A DNA stretch of 64,000 nucleotides from an uncultured Candidatus Woesearchaeota archaeon (GCA_902529885.1 CABZYC010000001.1:89719-153718); one strand, 5' to 3'; counted from the stretch's first letter, positions 11,801 through 19,864 are shown. Translations and numbers: made by a program. Notes: generated by a model from the letters alone, not told the origin.

Positions 11801-11803
11801 CAT
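2858..11803 (-). CDS. Giant membrane-anchored surface protein with seven NosD/CASH-like parallel beta-helix modules
   Basis: N-terminal hydrophobic segment; seven GGN[FYW][WY]...D...D..PL module ends; many NxS/T sequons; D/S/G linker; Cys-Trp motif; TM helix; basic tail. ATG 11803 preferred to TTG 11806. Confidence 0.88.
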   Translation of the reverse strand: MERNTRGSLALAAIMLVAVAIGGIYFASDGNLLGAIIGVETISSCDIAVYESIDNIAHDFECYEEDGFVLKRDNVEINCRNHSITCMDCQANATHNFSGFKLSGRDNVTIKNCRIYGFDHGVRMDTGGLENTILSNLMDNNTQSLFIDGTYGHLISLNTFSNGTLLIQNVNNTALFTGDDSGDDLNETLVNGSDRTQLTDYNASVIYDNKFLDGQDNAQTDSNSYVYWNVAKSPLYDLDPVQSNIVGGHFLGGNFWGSYHGYDTDGDGLGNTDTPHRTNESIEPILDQGDRYPLIENVCSIPGSICGEVTCPDMDIYADEGGEGLAITCDDTILTCDGTRFIGQGSNANETHMRAIEVIGYDNVTIQGCEFINFTYGVYLEDTNDLTLYNNSIHNNIENVFLKDRVHDSLIHSNTFIDWNSSETLAENASWTNFTNSTRGIVFNGGPIITSTATAMGGNKVYDNTFGPFYGGWDLIHIELLAGSLKNNISHNSFVNITAPAAVGTAIKLEDVSDDELIIEGNLIQGGYTGIHLENSSMTLSTTELNTFLDYWRFGILVDNLGGQKPTISGVFNTSSSMGWGVLIEDGEAFIDQVNISGGDSGLRINPNHYGMIEIIGNVLIENNTEGLWAVTSNSCLDEQSYFDLSRAESIILTNNSIGIYSNCAGIIPPRYESDPVYGSGIVNITNNTIGLYMRALNGTKHPINITDFFFINNQQGIQFPSSGSINNNVSIFNNYFSGNTININDTSGYNHFNITPQIISGRDNNIYYNVSDTANGNVYFGGNFYAELNVTDITGDGIADIYGNGTSILSYPYTQEGNFSPGDYYPLTTPGEPQCGGTYSESITLMSDLSSNGSCFYFAADDITLDCDGYNVTGNGTGSFINATGYDSITVVDCNVEHFSNLILANHTATIEDSNVTFISDYTLNLENVTFDNVVLTNVTEVTINGTSTLSSIEYYNNSILHVYGNATIEDSTFENNVYGLYYYNGTNKTISGNIFEDNSFGLVVEFANSTNITANKFINSKNLSLNISGINSTIYNNLFRNDSGKPNVVVSGTHFWNVSYRQLSSGTNIVGNSYIGGNYWSGYTGVDNGNASNEHVPNVSGDFIGDTLVPYNDSTTFINDSLPLIGTPDCQEVTSDFSMTADLYVDSLSDGEACYLITGDDLVFDLGGFTFQGEGEGYAIKVEDAENVSINNGIIFGFDIGVYIDPSNNIVVNNITINNSDYGIRLEDTTDSLIVNNTIYGITYTGLDIINSTDNLVYNNIINVTDCSSSCTEYNVYQDSNSSNSFNVTYQLGTNILGGNMSGGNYYGNYAGMDSGSGFGNYSVQGDMVGDTQVPYQINDDLDYFPLTNDDGEGHSNCISITEDTALNTDIFCDEDEAVYIAADNVLLDCNGYSIMGSGSGSGIKSIGYNNITIRECNISNFYYGINIQGGSVINIDKENVITDNSFYGIYMVDVNDTTITNTSLERDNNGIYVVNGSYVNVTDNIIALNKKFYGVFMFDSDNVYVHSNDFSRNYHGSYFVNVDGASVQYNTYDRHDYFASYSATFSEAHTYYKNTFNDARTLLRVYQNVSGITIKNNTFGESSQYALRFHGDIGGVNMSGNIFDGSASKASTAHIMLSDIDNLNLSDNNFSSDLSVMQVGSSTNVHSINNTYTSNGSVGFADVALLNIYGDTYSRFLDIDGASDLTVMNITSVNVTMVDIVKSNLAENLFTNNTLEDTIEVDTSSNIQLSYSSADTMVVSNTDYLNARFFNLNTTAVLNSVLGEHFRDIDIQDSNKTAYNFTDVDSMNIVYNVLRRNAGGMLLQGDSDGNIIAENWIEDNGYGLNITSSDSNTIKDNYFDNTENVDDTGSNTWYGSYTCSDGPNIVGGPCKGGNFYNDFYGLDNGYNGGVEGDGISDQPTRYNIDSDTHDELPLMLYVSRVYYAPSDSATASLTATASYTGTLEDGEIVPNVWQYITYSSSYPIWRFRSLFNETDFNASTFVLSSNGTNTYFNFSGITDLGNTAERSEVDYATVMLQHQQRLNGGVCIDWNATGLEPDSCDRRIKSMGGAMNASANSSHYLVNFNTAPVVNRSGVAYVDFNMMCGAHIYHDITLTEDVSCNQSAFIVKADNIVIDLNGNELIGNGSGIGVNISDYDNVTLTGGTVSNFTTAVYVDPAVGINISGMTIADSFIGVNFSEINNSYITSNTFLRLNRSVQLVESDHNQIFDNTFVNGTVGVRVLASDNLTLENNVLYNFVTEAMYLNLIDGVNITNVSIYNSTNGVTVRNTASLTVFKLLFNGSDGVPLMMYKVSGSNLLNNTFNHSTTTVTFDTVNSTVMANNKAYNLKNYSVYFQNTTNVTLYNNLFNTTYPAYHDVHSDISWNTTLNCSSINILGGNCTGGNYWGSYDGWDVDLDGVGETLLPFNGSDTGAFGDMLPLTEVGEISCGGTEQNVTMNVTLNQDITINLTDGETCFNLQTPAITFDCSGHSLIGNGTGMAVNMSAQNTFKNCIVSNFSIGATMVDHGTINRSVIKGSVLGVSQLGDAYILNSTIYDVVTGISRRDNNEGYIRGTYVGANDTCVKIRNISVANFIQVAGNEFNCPIGVDITNASIRVYDNIFNTSNVSIISHNDTIFNSSYDCSKTNILGNNCTGGNWYSDYQDDGKDDGNGTYSGIPNISSDGIADRPVPYNASGNISVGGDYLPLLGNYTSSLTSRLAALTNDDDSSDDSSSDDDSGSSSGGSSGGGGGGGGSSSSSSSSGGGSSYTLTSDDCTQEWECGDWSVCDDNFQVRDCTDANSCFEEYGLGNFLRKEKPTEEQWCPGDFSDAKTVPEQIVVTPPQVIVQQEEGPVNMTLLLASGIGGFTFLGGLFIGYDLIAPHRRLRRRLRKIEGSVDVSSVDTLKSHYGSAYELYMKLSESKKQDYYGRVMSLRSQIEGQLLAEKRIENLIDLAKKSDKSTEKRKYYMKVYKMYGSLSPVLQSKVYQKIVDLREELEGGKF
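3545..3695 (-). repeat. Low-complexity coding tract (DDDSS/GGGG/SSSS linker)
   Basis: ccaccgcca, tcatca and tgaac runs encoding DDDSSDDSSSDDDSGSSSGGSSGGGGGGGGSSSSSSSSGGGSS. Confidence 0.85.
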
Positions 11804-11890
11804 CAAATCGCCTCAGACCTATCCTTGATTGAGTATAAGCAATGAAAATAATACAATTTGTACGTATATAAATATTTGGATTAAGATACG

Positions 11891-11898
11891 TTTATATA
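11891..11898 (+). promoter_or_regulatory. Archaeal TATA box (probably leaderless transcript)
   Basis: TTTATATA 29 nt upstream of ATG 11920 in a divergent intergenic region. Confidence 0.6.
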
Positions 11899-11919
11899 TT
11901 CTTTAAACCTTATTAATTT

Positions 11920-12219
11920 ATGGAGTACAAAAAACATGTTACTATGATCTTAGGAGCAATACTTTTTGTAGCAACAGTCGGCACACTCACCACATTTTCA
12001 AATGAAATAAGTATAGCCTCAACAGGGATGGCTACAAGTACAGTCCTTGGTTCAGATAAAGGAATAGTTGACCAATTCACAAATTATTGTGAGTGGTATG
12101 ATTCAAATGACGAGACAGACTGTGAAGAAACATGTGAAGAAAAAATATGTATACCCCTAACAGAAATGTGTGATGAAGTTAATAGCACACAATGCTATTG
12201 TTGTGAGGTGAAATCATGA
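11920..12219 (+). CDS. Small membrane-anchored Cys-rich protein (8 Cys)
   Basis: N-terminal TM helix, STGMA motif, C-terminal domain ending CYCC; TATA box upstream. Confidence 0.75.
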   Translation: MEYKKHVTMILGAILFVATVGTLTTFSNEISIASTGMATSTVLGSDKGIVDQFTNYCEWYDSNDETDCEETCEEKICIPLTEMCDEVNSTQCYCCEVKS

Positions 12220-12512
12220 AAGATCCAAACGATTACATCGTAATTGGAGTATGGTTCGTTGCCTTAATTTGCGTCATGGTAATCATTGGTGCATTCCAAT
12301 CAACAGGACAGGCATCAAACACAGGAGAATATACTATCACAGACGGAATTAATGCATTAGCAAACACATACAGCTTAGAAGGAGAAGGTGGAGTTAAGTG
12401 TTCACATTCAAGTTTATGTGATGGAAGAGCAATCACACAATTTGTAGACACCAAATTCACATCAGTTTTTGAAACAAGAAGAGGGAGTCATGTCTGCATC
12501 TGCCTCAATTAA
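12216..12512 (+). CDS. Small membrane-anchored Cys-containing protein
   Basis: ATGA overlap with previous gene, TM helix followed by STGQA, ends VCIC. Confidence 0.72.
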   Translation: MKDPNDYIVIGVWFVALICVMVIIGAFQSTGQASNTGEYTITDGINALANTYSLEGEGGVKCSHSSLCDGRAITQFVDTKFTSVFETRRGSHVCICLN

Positions 12513-13942
12513 AAAGATAAATCTTCAATTTTAACACGTTCTTGTTCCATTGTATCACGGTCACGGACCGTCACACAACCATCTTCTAACGATTCAAAAT
12601 CCACAGTTACACAGTAAGGTACACCCATCTCATCAGCGCGTGCATACCTACGCCCGATGCTACCACTCACGTCAAAACTAACACTGTAACATTCTTTTAA
12701 TAAAGTGAACACTTCTTCAGCTTTCGCAAGTAAATGCGCCTTATTTTTTACTAAAGGGAGTACAGCAATATTGAATGGTGCAACCGATACAGGCAAAGCC
12801 AAATTAACATGGCCACGATCATCTTCAGAATATGCTTCAAACAAAACCATTAGCATCACTCGTTCTAAACCATGCGTTGGCTCAATACAATGCGGTACAA
12901 ACTTTTTTTGTGTTGCATCATCAACAACAGTCACGTTCATCCCACTATGTTTTGCGTGCGCCTGCAAGTCGTAATCGCCACGGTGCGCAATACCAAACAC
13001 TTCCTTAAACCCGAACGGAAACTTGTATTCAATATCAAAGGTCGCACTACTATAATGGCTCAGTTCCTTACCTACATGTTCACGTACACGCAAGTTTTCA
13101 GAAGATACACCTAACGTATTAACATAAAAATGGTAGTATTCATACAACCAATACACTTGCCACGTGTTCACACCTTTATCAATGAACCATTGGAACGTGT
13201 ATTCTTCAGCGTCAGCATTAGAACCCTGGTGTTCTTCAGATAAGACAGATATTGGGGTTGCCAAAAGTTCTTTTGATAATTCACAACCTTTTTCAGGGTG
13301 CACAAAAAATTCCATCTCCATTTGATTAAATTCACGAAGACGAAACAAAAAGTCGCGTGGACTAATTTCGTTCCTATAGGCTTTTCCAACCTGGCACACA
13401 CCAAAAGGTGGTTTTAACCGTGACGTTTCTTTAATCAAAGCGAACTGTGCAAAAATGCTTTGTGCAGTCTCAGGCCGTAAATACGCCGTGTTCCCATCAA
13501 CAGCGCCAACTTGCGTTTGAAACATTAAATTGAATTGTTGCACAGGTTCAAAATCTTCACCATTATACTGCAGTTTATGTTTATTAATCAAGGTTTGAAT
13601 TTCGTCCGCAGACATACCGTCAGCAGCAATGTTTAATGTTTCTTCAATAAAATGGTCCGCTCGAACTTTAGTACGAGTTTTCACAGTAGTCAACATTAAA
13701 TCGCCAAAAGTTGCAACGTGCCCGCTTGCTTCCCACACTTTAGGATTTGTTACAATTGTACCATCGAAAGGTACAATGTTGCGACGATCCAAGAATTTGA
13801 GCCATGCATTAACAACGTTACGTTTAATACGCGCACCCAGCGGACCATAATCATAAAACCCTGCATAACCACCGTAAGCGTCAGCAGAACGAAAAGCAAT
13901 ACCTTTCTTTTTACAAAATGTTGCAAAATCTTCAATGTTCAT
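12509..13942 (-). CDS. glyS: Glycine--tRNA ligase (alpha2 type)
   Basis: YDYGPLG, YLRPETAQ, RNEISPR..FRLREF, GSIGRRYARADE. Confidence 0.97.
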   Translation of the reverse strand: MNIEDFATFCKKKGIAFRSADAYGGYAGFYDYGPLGARIKRNVVNAWLKFLDRRNIVPFDGTIVTNPKVWEASGHVATFGDLMLTTVKTRTKVRADHFIEETLNIAADGMSADEIQTLINKHKLQYNGEDFEPVQQFNLMFQTQVGAVDGNTAYLRPETAQSIFAQFALIKETSRLKPPFGVCQVGKAYRNEISPRDFLFRLREFNQMEMEFFVHPEKGCELSKELLATPISVLSEEHQGSNADAEEYTFQWFIDKGVNTWQVYWLYEYYHFYVNTLGVSSENLRVREHVGKELSHYSSATFDIEYKFPFGFKEVFGIAHRGDYDLQAHAKHSGMNVTVVDDATQKKFVPHCIEPTHGLERVMLMVLFEAYSEDDRGHVNLALPVSVAPFNIAVLPLVKNKAHLLAKAEEVFTLLKECYSVSFDVSGSIGRRYARADEMGVPYCVTVDFESLEDGCVTVRDRDTMEQERVKIEDLSF

Positions 13943-13972
13943 ACAACTGCGTACTATGACACACTTAAATAA

Positions 13973-15034
13973 TTATCCACGTAAATACGCAATGTCTGTC
14001 TCCGACCATTCAACCTGGCGACTAACATCGTCACCAATAAAAGATTTTATTGATTCAACCTGTTGCTCTGTACGACTAACACTTTGGTGTAATACTGGCG
14101 CCAACTTTTGCGCTATACTTTTACGTTTTGCACGTTTCATGTTACCCTGCCACACCATTAAACCGACCATTGGCTGATAGACCTTTTTTAACAAGTCAGT
14201 GTTCAGGCCAACGCCCACTCGAACAAAATCGTATACATACGCCATATACCGCCAATACTGTTTTTTGCGTATACGTTTTCTATAAAGGTCAGCAGTAGCC
14301 ACCCACAGTAAAGCACGGGCACCGTTACGTACAACGCTTGCTTCAACCCAGTCAACGCAAGAGTCCATGTCGACATCTTTAAACAAAGTACGCAATACAG
14401 GAACCTGTTTTGTATTAAAAAGTACAGTAACATCTTGTTCAATAATACTCGTTACGTCGCGAGAAGAAAGAGTGGACACATAGTGAGCATCCAACAATGG
14501 TAATGTTTTAGCATCATTAATCATCGCGCGAATATCACAGTTGTTCATTCTTGCAAGAGTTCGAACACCGTCGCCCGTATACCCCAGTTTACTTAATAAT
14601 ACCACTGATTCATCAATTGTTGGACGGCGACATTCAATCTTTTTCAAATCTTTCAACACTTTATGTTTAGACCGATCATACTCCGTTAAAGTTAAAATTA
14701 CTGGTGACGACGACTTTTTTGCAAAGTCAACAATGGCTTTTAACCCGCCCCGGTCATGTCGCCCACTTAAAACGTCGACATCGTCAAACAGTAATATTTG
14801 AGGACGCATAAACAACGTCTGTTGACCTTGCAAACTAGACAAGGACTCAATACTAGATTTGTTACGGGCGTCCCCACTGTTCATTTCAAGAACATCGTAA
14901 CCCAACCGTTTAGCTGCTTCATAGACAGCATACGTTTTACCGCTACCGCAAGGACCCATAATGTAAAAAGGAATGTTACGTTTTAAACATTCAGTTAACT
15001 GATGCATGAACATTTCATCATAAGCATAATACAT
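13973..15034 (-). CDS. rfcL: Replication factor C large subunit (short)
   Basis: Walker A GPCGSGKT, EMNSGDAR, DDVD, DIRAMIND, QYWRY. Confidence 0.85.
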   Translation of the reverse strand: MYYAYDEMFMHQLTECLKRNIPFYIMGPCGSGKTYAVYEAAKRLGYDVLEMNSGDARNKSSIESLSSLQGQQTLFMRPQILLFDDVDVLSGRHDRGGLKAIVDFAKKSSSPVILTLTEYDRSKHKVLKDLKKIECRRPTIDESVVLLSKLGYTGDGVRTLARMNNCDIRAMINDAKTLPLLDAHYVSTLSSRDVTSIIEQDVTVLFNTKQVPVLRTLFKDVDMDSCVDWVEASVVRNGARALLWVATADLYRKRIRKKQYWRYMAYVYDFVRVGVGLNTDLLKKVYQPMVGLMVWQGNMKRAKRKSIAQKLAPVLHQSVSRTEQQVESIKSFIGDDVSRQVEWSETDIAYLRG

Positions 15035-15110
15035 AAATGAAGTCCATTAAACACACATAAATACTTTGCCATAACAAACAATATAAGAAGGAAAGTCCAG
15101 AGTACAAAAT

Positions 15111-16517
15111 ATGGAAAAAGGATTAACTTACGCAGATGTCTTATTAGTGCCTAAAAAAACACCGCTTGAAAGCAGGAAACAAGCTCAAATCAACACATTA
15201 TTTACAAAGAACATAGTATTAAACATTCCTTTTATTAGTTCAAACATGGCCACTGTTACAGAGCACGAGATGGCAATCTCCATGGCAAGACATGGCGGGA
15301 TAGGAGTAATCCACCAATTTTCAACCATAGAAGATCGCTGTAATGAAGTCCGAAAAGTAAAACGGTCAACTGCTTATGTGATAGATGAACCATTATCAGT
15401 ACCTTCAACAATCACAATCAAAGAGTTAAAAGAAAAGTTAGTGGACACAGGTATCAGTTCAGCTTTAGTCATTGACCAAGAATTAGTAGGTATTATTACG
15501 CACAAAGATTACCAATTTGCCAAAGATGACCTGACAGTTGAACAGGTAATGACAAAAAAGCCTAACTTAATTGTTTGTAATGAAATCCCAAGCATAAATA
15601 ATGCAAAAGATATTATGTATAAACACCGGATTGAAAAATTGCCTATTATTTCAGGCACAATCAAACTTATCACGGCCAAAGATGTGCGGCAGCACGAAGA
15701 ATGGAAATATGCAAACAGAGATAATAAAGGAAGATTACGCGTGGCAGCAGCACTCGGAGTAAAAACAGCAATCACTGATGCCAAAGAACTTATTGATGCA
15801 GGGGCAGACGTGTTAGTGATGGACGTTGCACATGCACACAGCGATACAATCATAGAAAAAGTGAAACAACTTAAATCCCTGTACACCATAGATCTGATGG
15901 TAGGGAACATCGCAACAGTTCAGGCTGCACGAGATTTAATTGAAGCAGGTGCAGACGGATTAAAAGTGGGTATTGGGCCATCACCAGTGTGTACAACACG
16001 TATTATGTCTGGTGCAGGTATCCCACAATTTACCGCTGTGCAAGACGTGTGCAAAATTGCAAAAGAGTATGGTGTACCAGTAACTGCTGACGGAGGAATG
16101 AGTAGCCCAGGCGATGCCGTGAAAGCTATTGCTGCCGGAGCAAGCAGTGTGTACAGCGGCTCATTTTTTGCAGGGACTGACGAAGCACCCGGAAGAATCT
16201 TGGTTAAGAATGGTAAAAGATACAAAAAGTATATGGGGAGCGCATCTTATGATAACAATCATGCCAGAAAAGAAAATCTTACCAAAACCAAAATAAAAAA
16301 AACACTCGATATTTTTGTGGAAGGCGTAGCAGTACTTGTTGATTATAAAGGGCCCGTGCGCAGCGTACTAAAAAAGTTGGTTAAAGGTTTACAAAGCGGG
16401 ATTAGTTATGGTGGCGGACATAACATCAAAGAGTTACAACAAAACGCAGAATTTATCCAGATTACTGCGGCAGGATGGCACGAGTCAGAGTCAAGAGGTT
16501 CTAAACTTTCTGAGTAA
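15111..16517 (+). CDS. guaB: IMPDH/GMP reductase family protein with CBS pair (GuaB-like; motifs suggest GMP reductase)
   Basis: GLTYADVLLVP, GGIGVIH, CBS pair, KVGIGPSPVCTTR, ADGG, YMGSAS. Confidence 0.9.
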   Translation: MEKGLTYADVLLVPKKTPLESRKQAQINTLFTKNIVLNIPFISSNMATVTEHEMAISMARHGGIGVIHQFSTIEDRCNEVRKVKRSTAYVIDEPLSVPSTITIKELKEKLVDTGISSALVIDQELVGIITHKDYQFAKDDLTVEQVMTKKPNLIVCNEIPSINNAKDIMYKHRIEKLPIISGTIKLITAKDVRQHEEWKYANRDNKGRLRVAAALGVKTAITDAKELIDAGADVLVMDVAHAHSDTIIEKVKQLKSLYTIDLMVGNIATVQAARDLIEAGADGLKVGIGPSPVCTTRIMSGAGIPQFTAVQDVCKIAKEYGVPVTADGGMSSPGDAVKAIAAGASSVYSGSFFAGTDEAPGRILVKNGKRYKKYMGSASYDNNHARKENLTKTKIKKTLDIFVEGVAVLVDYKGPVRSVLKKLVKGLQSGISYGGGHNIKELQQNAEFIQITAAGWHESESRGSKLSE

Positions 16518-16827
16518 AACCCACAGTTATTTTTTCTCCATCCACAATGAACGGGCGTTTTACCAAGTTACCGTTCGCGTGTAATAACTCTACAAGGTCA
16601 GATACAGCCATATCATCTATTTTTTTGCTTAACCCCAACTCACGATAATCTTTACCACTTCGGTTACACACTACGCGTTTACCTAAAAGTTTGATAGCTT
16701 TTCGAAGCTCTGTTTTGGTCGGTGGTTGTTCACGGATAGGGATACTTTGATACGTAATACCAGCTTGATCCAATTGCTTAGTAGCTTTACGGCACGTACC
16801 ACATTTCTTATACTGATAAACTTTCAT
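16501..16827 (-). CDS. ArsC/Spx/YffB-family thioredoxin-fold protein
   Basis: CGTCRKA, NRSGKDYRELGL, LVKRPF, VGF; start moved to ATG 16827. Confidence 0.88.
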   Translation of the reverse strand: MKVYQYKKCGTCRKATKQLDQAGITYQSIPIREQPPTKTELRKAIKLLGKRVVCNRSGKDYRELGLSKKIDDMAVSDLVELLHANGNLVKRPFIVDGEKITVGFTQKV

Positions 16828-16876
16828 AGATATACGGAACATTAAACTTATATAAAGAACTTCTGTGACACATTGT

Positions 16877-19222
16877 ATGTTAGACAATAAATATAATGCG
16901 CAAGCCGTAGAACAAGAATTGTTAGATAGTTGGGCAAAGGAAGGAACCTATGCGTTTAATCCAGATACTATTAAAAAAATATTTAGTATTGACACCCCAC
17001 CGCCAACAATGAGTGGAAACATGCATCTTGGCCACGCGTTCAGTTTTGCACAACAAGATTTTATTGCTAGGTACAAACGTATGCAGGGGTACGAAGTATT
17101 TTACCCGTTCGGGACAGACGATAACGGGCTTGCATCAGAAAAGCTTGTACAAAAGAAAAAAAAAGTGAACGGTGCAAGGATGGACCGGCAAGAGTTTATT
17201 CAGCTGTGCACTGAATATTTAGATGAAGCAAGACCAGAGTTTATTGCAGATTGGCAACGTATTGGGATGTCATGTGATTTTGATTTACAGTATTCCACTA
17301 TTAATAACCATTGTCGTGCAATTAGCCAAAAGAGTTTTTTAGACCTTGTAAAAAAAGGGCGAGCATACCGTAAAGAAGCGCCAGTCATTTGGGACACACA
17401 ATTTCAAACTGCTATTGCGCAAGCAGAATTGGAATCTATAGAAAAAAAAACGTATTTCAATGATTTACAATTTAAAACTACTGACGGTGAAACAATAACT
17501 ATTGCTACAACAAGACCCGAATTATTAGGTGGTTGTGTAGCCGTGTTCGCTCACCCAGACGATAAACGGTACCAACACTTGTTTGGTAAACATGCCGTTA
17601 CACCAGTCTATAATGTTGAAGTACCAATCTTGCCAGACGACCAAGTTAGCATCGATAAAGGGACTGGCCTAGTAATGTGCTGTACGTTTGGTGATACCAC
17701 AGACATTGAATGGTATAAAAAACATAATCTACCCCTTAAGATGGTAGTTACACCATGGGGGAAAATGAATGACAAAGCTGGGGCCATAGCAGGGTTAAGC
17801 ATTGTGGACGCCCGGAAAAAAATGATTGAGATCCTAGATGAACAGGGTTATTTAGTAAGCCAAAAGGAAATAATCCATAATGTTAATGTGGGAGAACGGT
17901 CAGGGAGACCCGTAGAAATCATCAATTCAAAACAGTGGTACATAAAATATCTTGATCTTAAAAAACAGTTTTTACTTTCAGGTGAAAAACTACAATGGTT
18001 CCCACCACACATGAGGTCACGACTTAACAACTGGATCGAAGGTTTAAACTGGGATTGGAGTATTAGCAGACAACGCCATTTCGGTGTACCGATACCTGTC
18101 TGGTATGATGCAGAAGGTAACGTCTACTTTGCTGACGAATCACAATTGCCAGTAGACCCAATCAAAGACAGACCATTATCTGCACCAGAAGGCATTGAGT
18201 TATTTCCTGAAAAAGACGTGTTTGATACATGGTTCACAAGTAGTAGTACTCCATTTTTAGCACGAGAACTTGTTAAAGGTACACCAGCATACAACAAGTT
18301 GTTTCCAATGAACCTTCGACCGCAAGCACACGACATCATTAATTTTTGGTTGTTTTATACTATGGCCAAAACACAAATAATACACGAAGTTAATCCTTGG
18401 TCACACGTAACCATCAGTGGCTTTGTTCTTGATCCAAAAGGAAACAAAATGAGCAAGAGTAAAGGTAACGTTATCGCGCCTCAAGAAGTTATCGAGAAAT
18501 ATAGTGCGGACGCTATCAGGTACTGGGCCGCAACATCAAAGCTTGGTGACGATTTACCGTACCAAGAAAAAGATGTTAAGACCGGCATGAAATTTGCAAA
18601 CAAACTGTGGAACGCCGCACGTTTCATTGAACAGCAGCTTGAAGGGTATACACCACAAGAAAAAGATCTTACTGAAGCGTGGGACAAGTGGGTTATAACC
18701 AAGCTTCAAAAAACAATTAAACAATGCACAGAATCTTTTGAAAAGTTTGAGTATAGTCAAGCAAAACGTTCTATTGACAGTTTCTTTTTCCACACGTTCT
18801 GTGACAATTACTTGGAAGTTGTCAAGGATAGATTGTATAATCCTGATAAACGTGGTGAAGACGCAAAATGTTCAGCGCAGTATACACTCTACACTTGCTT
18901 AAAGATAGTGTCACAATTATATGCACCATTATGCCCTTTTGTAACAGAAAAAGTGTACAGGGAACTGTACGGTGACACTGTGCACACAACACAGTGGCCA
19001 CAAGCGAACGAGCAATTGATTCAAGATACGCAGGTTGCAGACAAACTTGTTGAACATATTGCAGCAGTACGTAAACATAAAAGTGATAACCAGGTATCAT
19101 TAGGATCAAGTGTGGAAACAGTAACAATACCCTCGCTTAACATAGAAGGTTTTAAAGAAGATTTTAAAGCAGTAACACGAAGCGAAAATGTTGTAATAGG
19201 TGAAACGTTTAACGTAAAGTAA
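16877..19222 (+). CDS. valS: Valine--tRNA ligase
   Basis: DTPPPT, HLGH, DWSISRQR, KMSKS; ATG 16877 lies 29 nt after TTATATAA. Confidence 0.97.
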   Translation: MLDNKYNAQAVEQELLDSWAKEGTYAFNPDTIKKIFSIDTPPPTMSGNMHLGHAFSFAQQDFIARYKRMQGYEVFYPFGTDDNGLASEKLVQKKKKVNGARMDRQEFIQLCTEYLDEARPEFIADWQRIGMSCDFDLQYSTINNHCRAISQKSFLDLVKKGRAYRKEAPVIWDTQFQTAIAQAELESIEKKTYFNDLQFKTTDGETITIATTRPELLGGCVAVFAHPDDKRYQHLFGKHAVTPVYNVEVPILPDDQVSIDKGTGLVMCCTFGDTTDIEWYKKHNLPLKMVVTPWGKMNDKAGAIAGLSIVDARKKMIEILDEQGYLVSQKEIIHNVNVGERSGRPVEIINSKQWYIKYLDLKKQFLLSGEKLQWFPPHMRSRLNNWIEGLNWDWSISRQRHFGVPIPVWYDAEGNVYFADESQLPVDPIKDRPLSAPEGIELFPEKDVFDTWFTSSSTPFLARELVKGTPAYNKLFPMNLRPQAHDIINFWLFYTMAKTQIIHEVNPWSHVTISGFVLDPKGNKMSKSKGNVIAPQEVIEKYSADAIRYWAATSKLGDDLPYQEKDVKTGMKFANKLWNAARFIEQQLEGYTPQEKDLTEAWDKWVITKLQKTIKQCTESFEKFEYSQAKRSIDSFFFHTFCDNYLEVVKDRLYNPDKRGEDAKCSAQYTLYTCLKIVSQLYAPLCPFVTEKVYRELYGDTVHTTQWPQANEQLIQDTQVADKLVEHIAAVRKHKSDNQVSLGSSVETVTIPSLNIEGFKEDFKAVTRSENVVIGETFNVK

Positions 19223-19862
19223 AGGTGGTCTCACTTTCAACTTCTATCATTGAAACACTGCCACTAAGTGCCACAGTGTTACCTTGAGTAAAAGAACCAC
19301 TGTAACCACGAAAAGTTATTACTTCAGAATCAGCTGTGTAAACAACATTATCAGACGTGATTGTACCGCCACCAGTCAAGGTTATATGGTCAATGTGTAC
19401 ACGATCAATGCTTAATGAATTTACACTTAACCCCTCACTATGTACGTTAACTTGTGCAGAAGGACTTAGTTCTACGCCGTTCACAACAATGCTCGAAGTT
19501 ATACCATTGAAAGTCATAGTGTCTTTGAAACTTAAAGAACCAGTATAATCCACTAATTGCATTGAAACTTCGCCACTATCCTTTATACGCAAAGTATCCT
19601 CATTAACAAAGATTGAATTTCCTGCATCGCTAAAAGTAAGAGTTAGATTAGCGTTTAACACTTCGGCTGAAAACCCTGAATGCGTCCCAGTAATAATTGT
19701 GTCAAGACCAAAAACGTTATCATACGATGTTAATTGAGGGAGCTCGATTGAAACATCTGCACCAGAATTAGCTTTTAAAAAAAAGGTTAATGCAAATACA
19801 GCCAAACTTATCAAAACCAAGGTTACTAATACCCTTCGCAACATGTCTGGTTTATCATCCAT
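19209..19862 (-). CDS. Hypothetical membrane-anchored beta-rich protein
   Basis: 217-aa ORF with N-terminal TM helix and S/T-rich beta-strand-like ectodomain. Confidence 0.7.
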   Translation of the reverse strand: MDDKPDMLRRVLVTLVLISLAVFALTFFLKANSGADVSIELPQLTSYDNVFGLDTIITGTHSGFSAEVLNANLTLTFSDAGNSIFVNEDTLRIKDSGEVSMQLVDYTGSLSFKDTMTFNGITSSIVVNGVELSPSAQVNVHSEGLSVNSLSIDRVHIDHITLTGGGTITSDNVVYTADSEVITFRGYSGSFTQGNTVALSGSVSMIEVESETTFTLR

Positions 19863-19864
19863 GT

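Noticed and set aside
2858-11803. Diversity-generating retroelement target
   Set aside because: No reverse transcriptase and no near-identical TR/VR pair are visible in the window.
16501-16827. Arsenic resistance operon
   Set aside because: It is a lone ArsC/Spx/YffB-like gene with no arsR, arsB or acr3 nearby.
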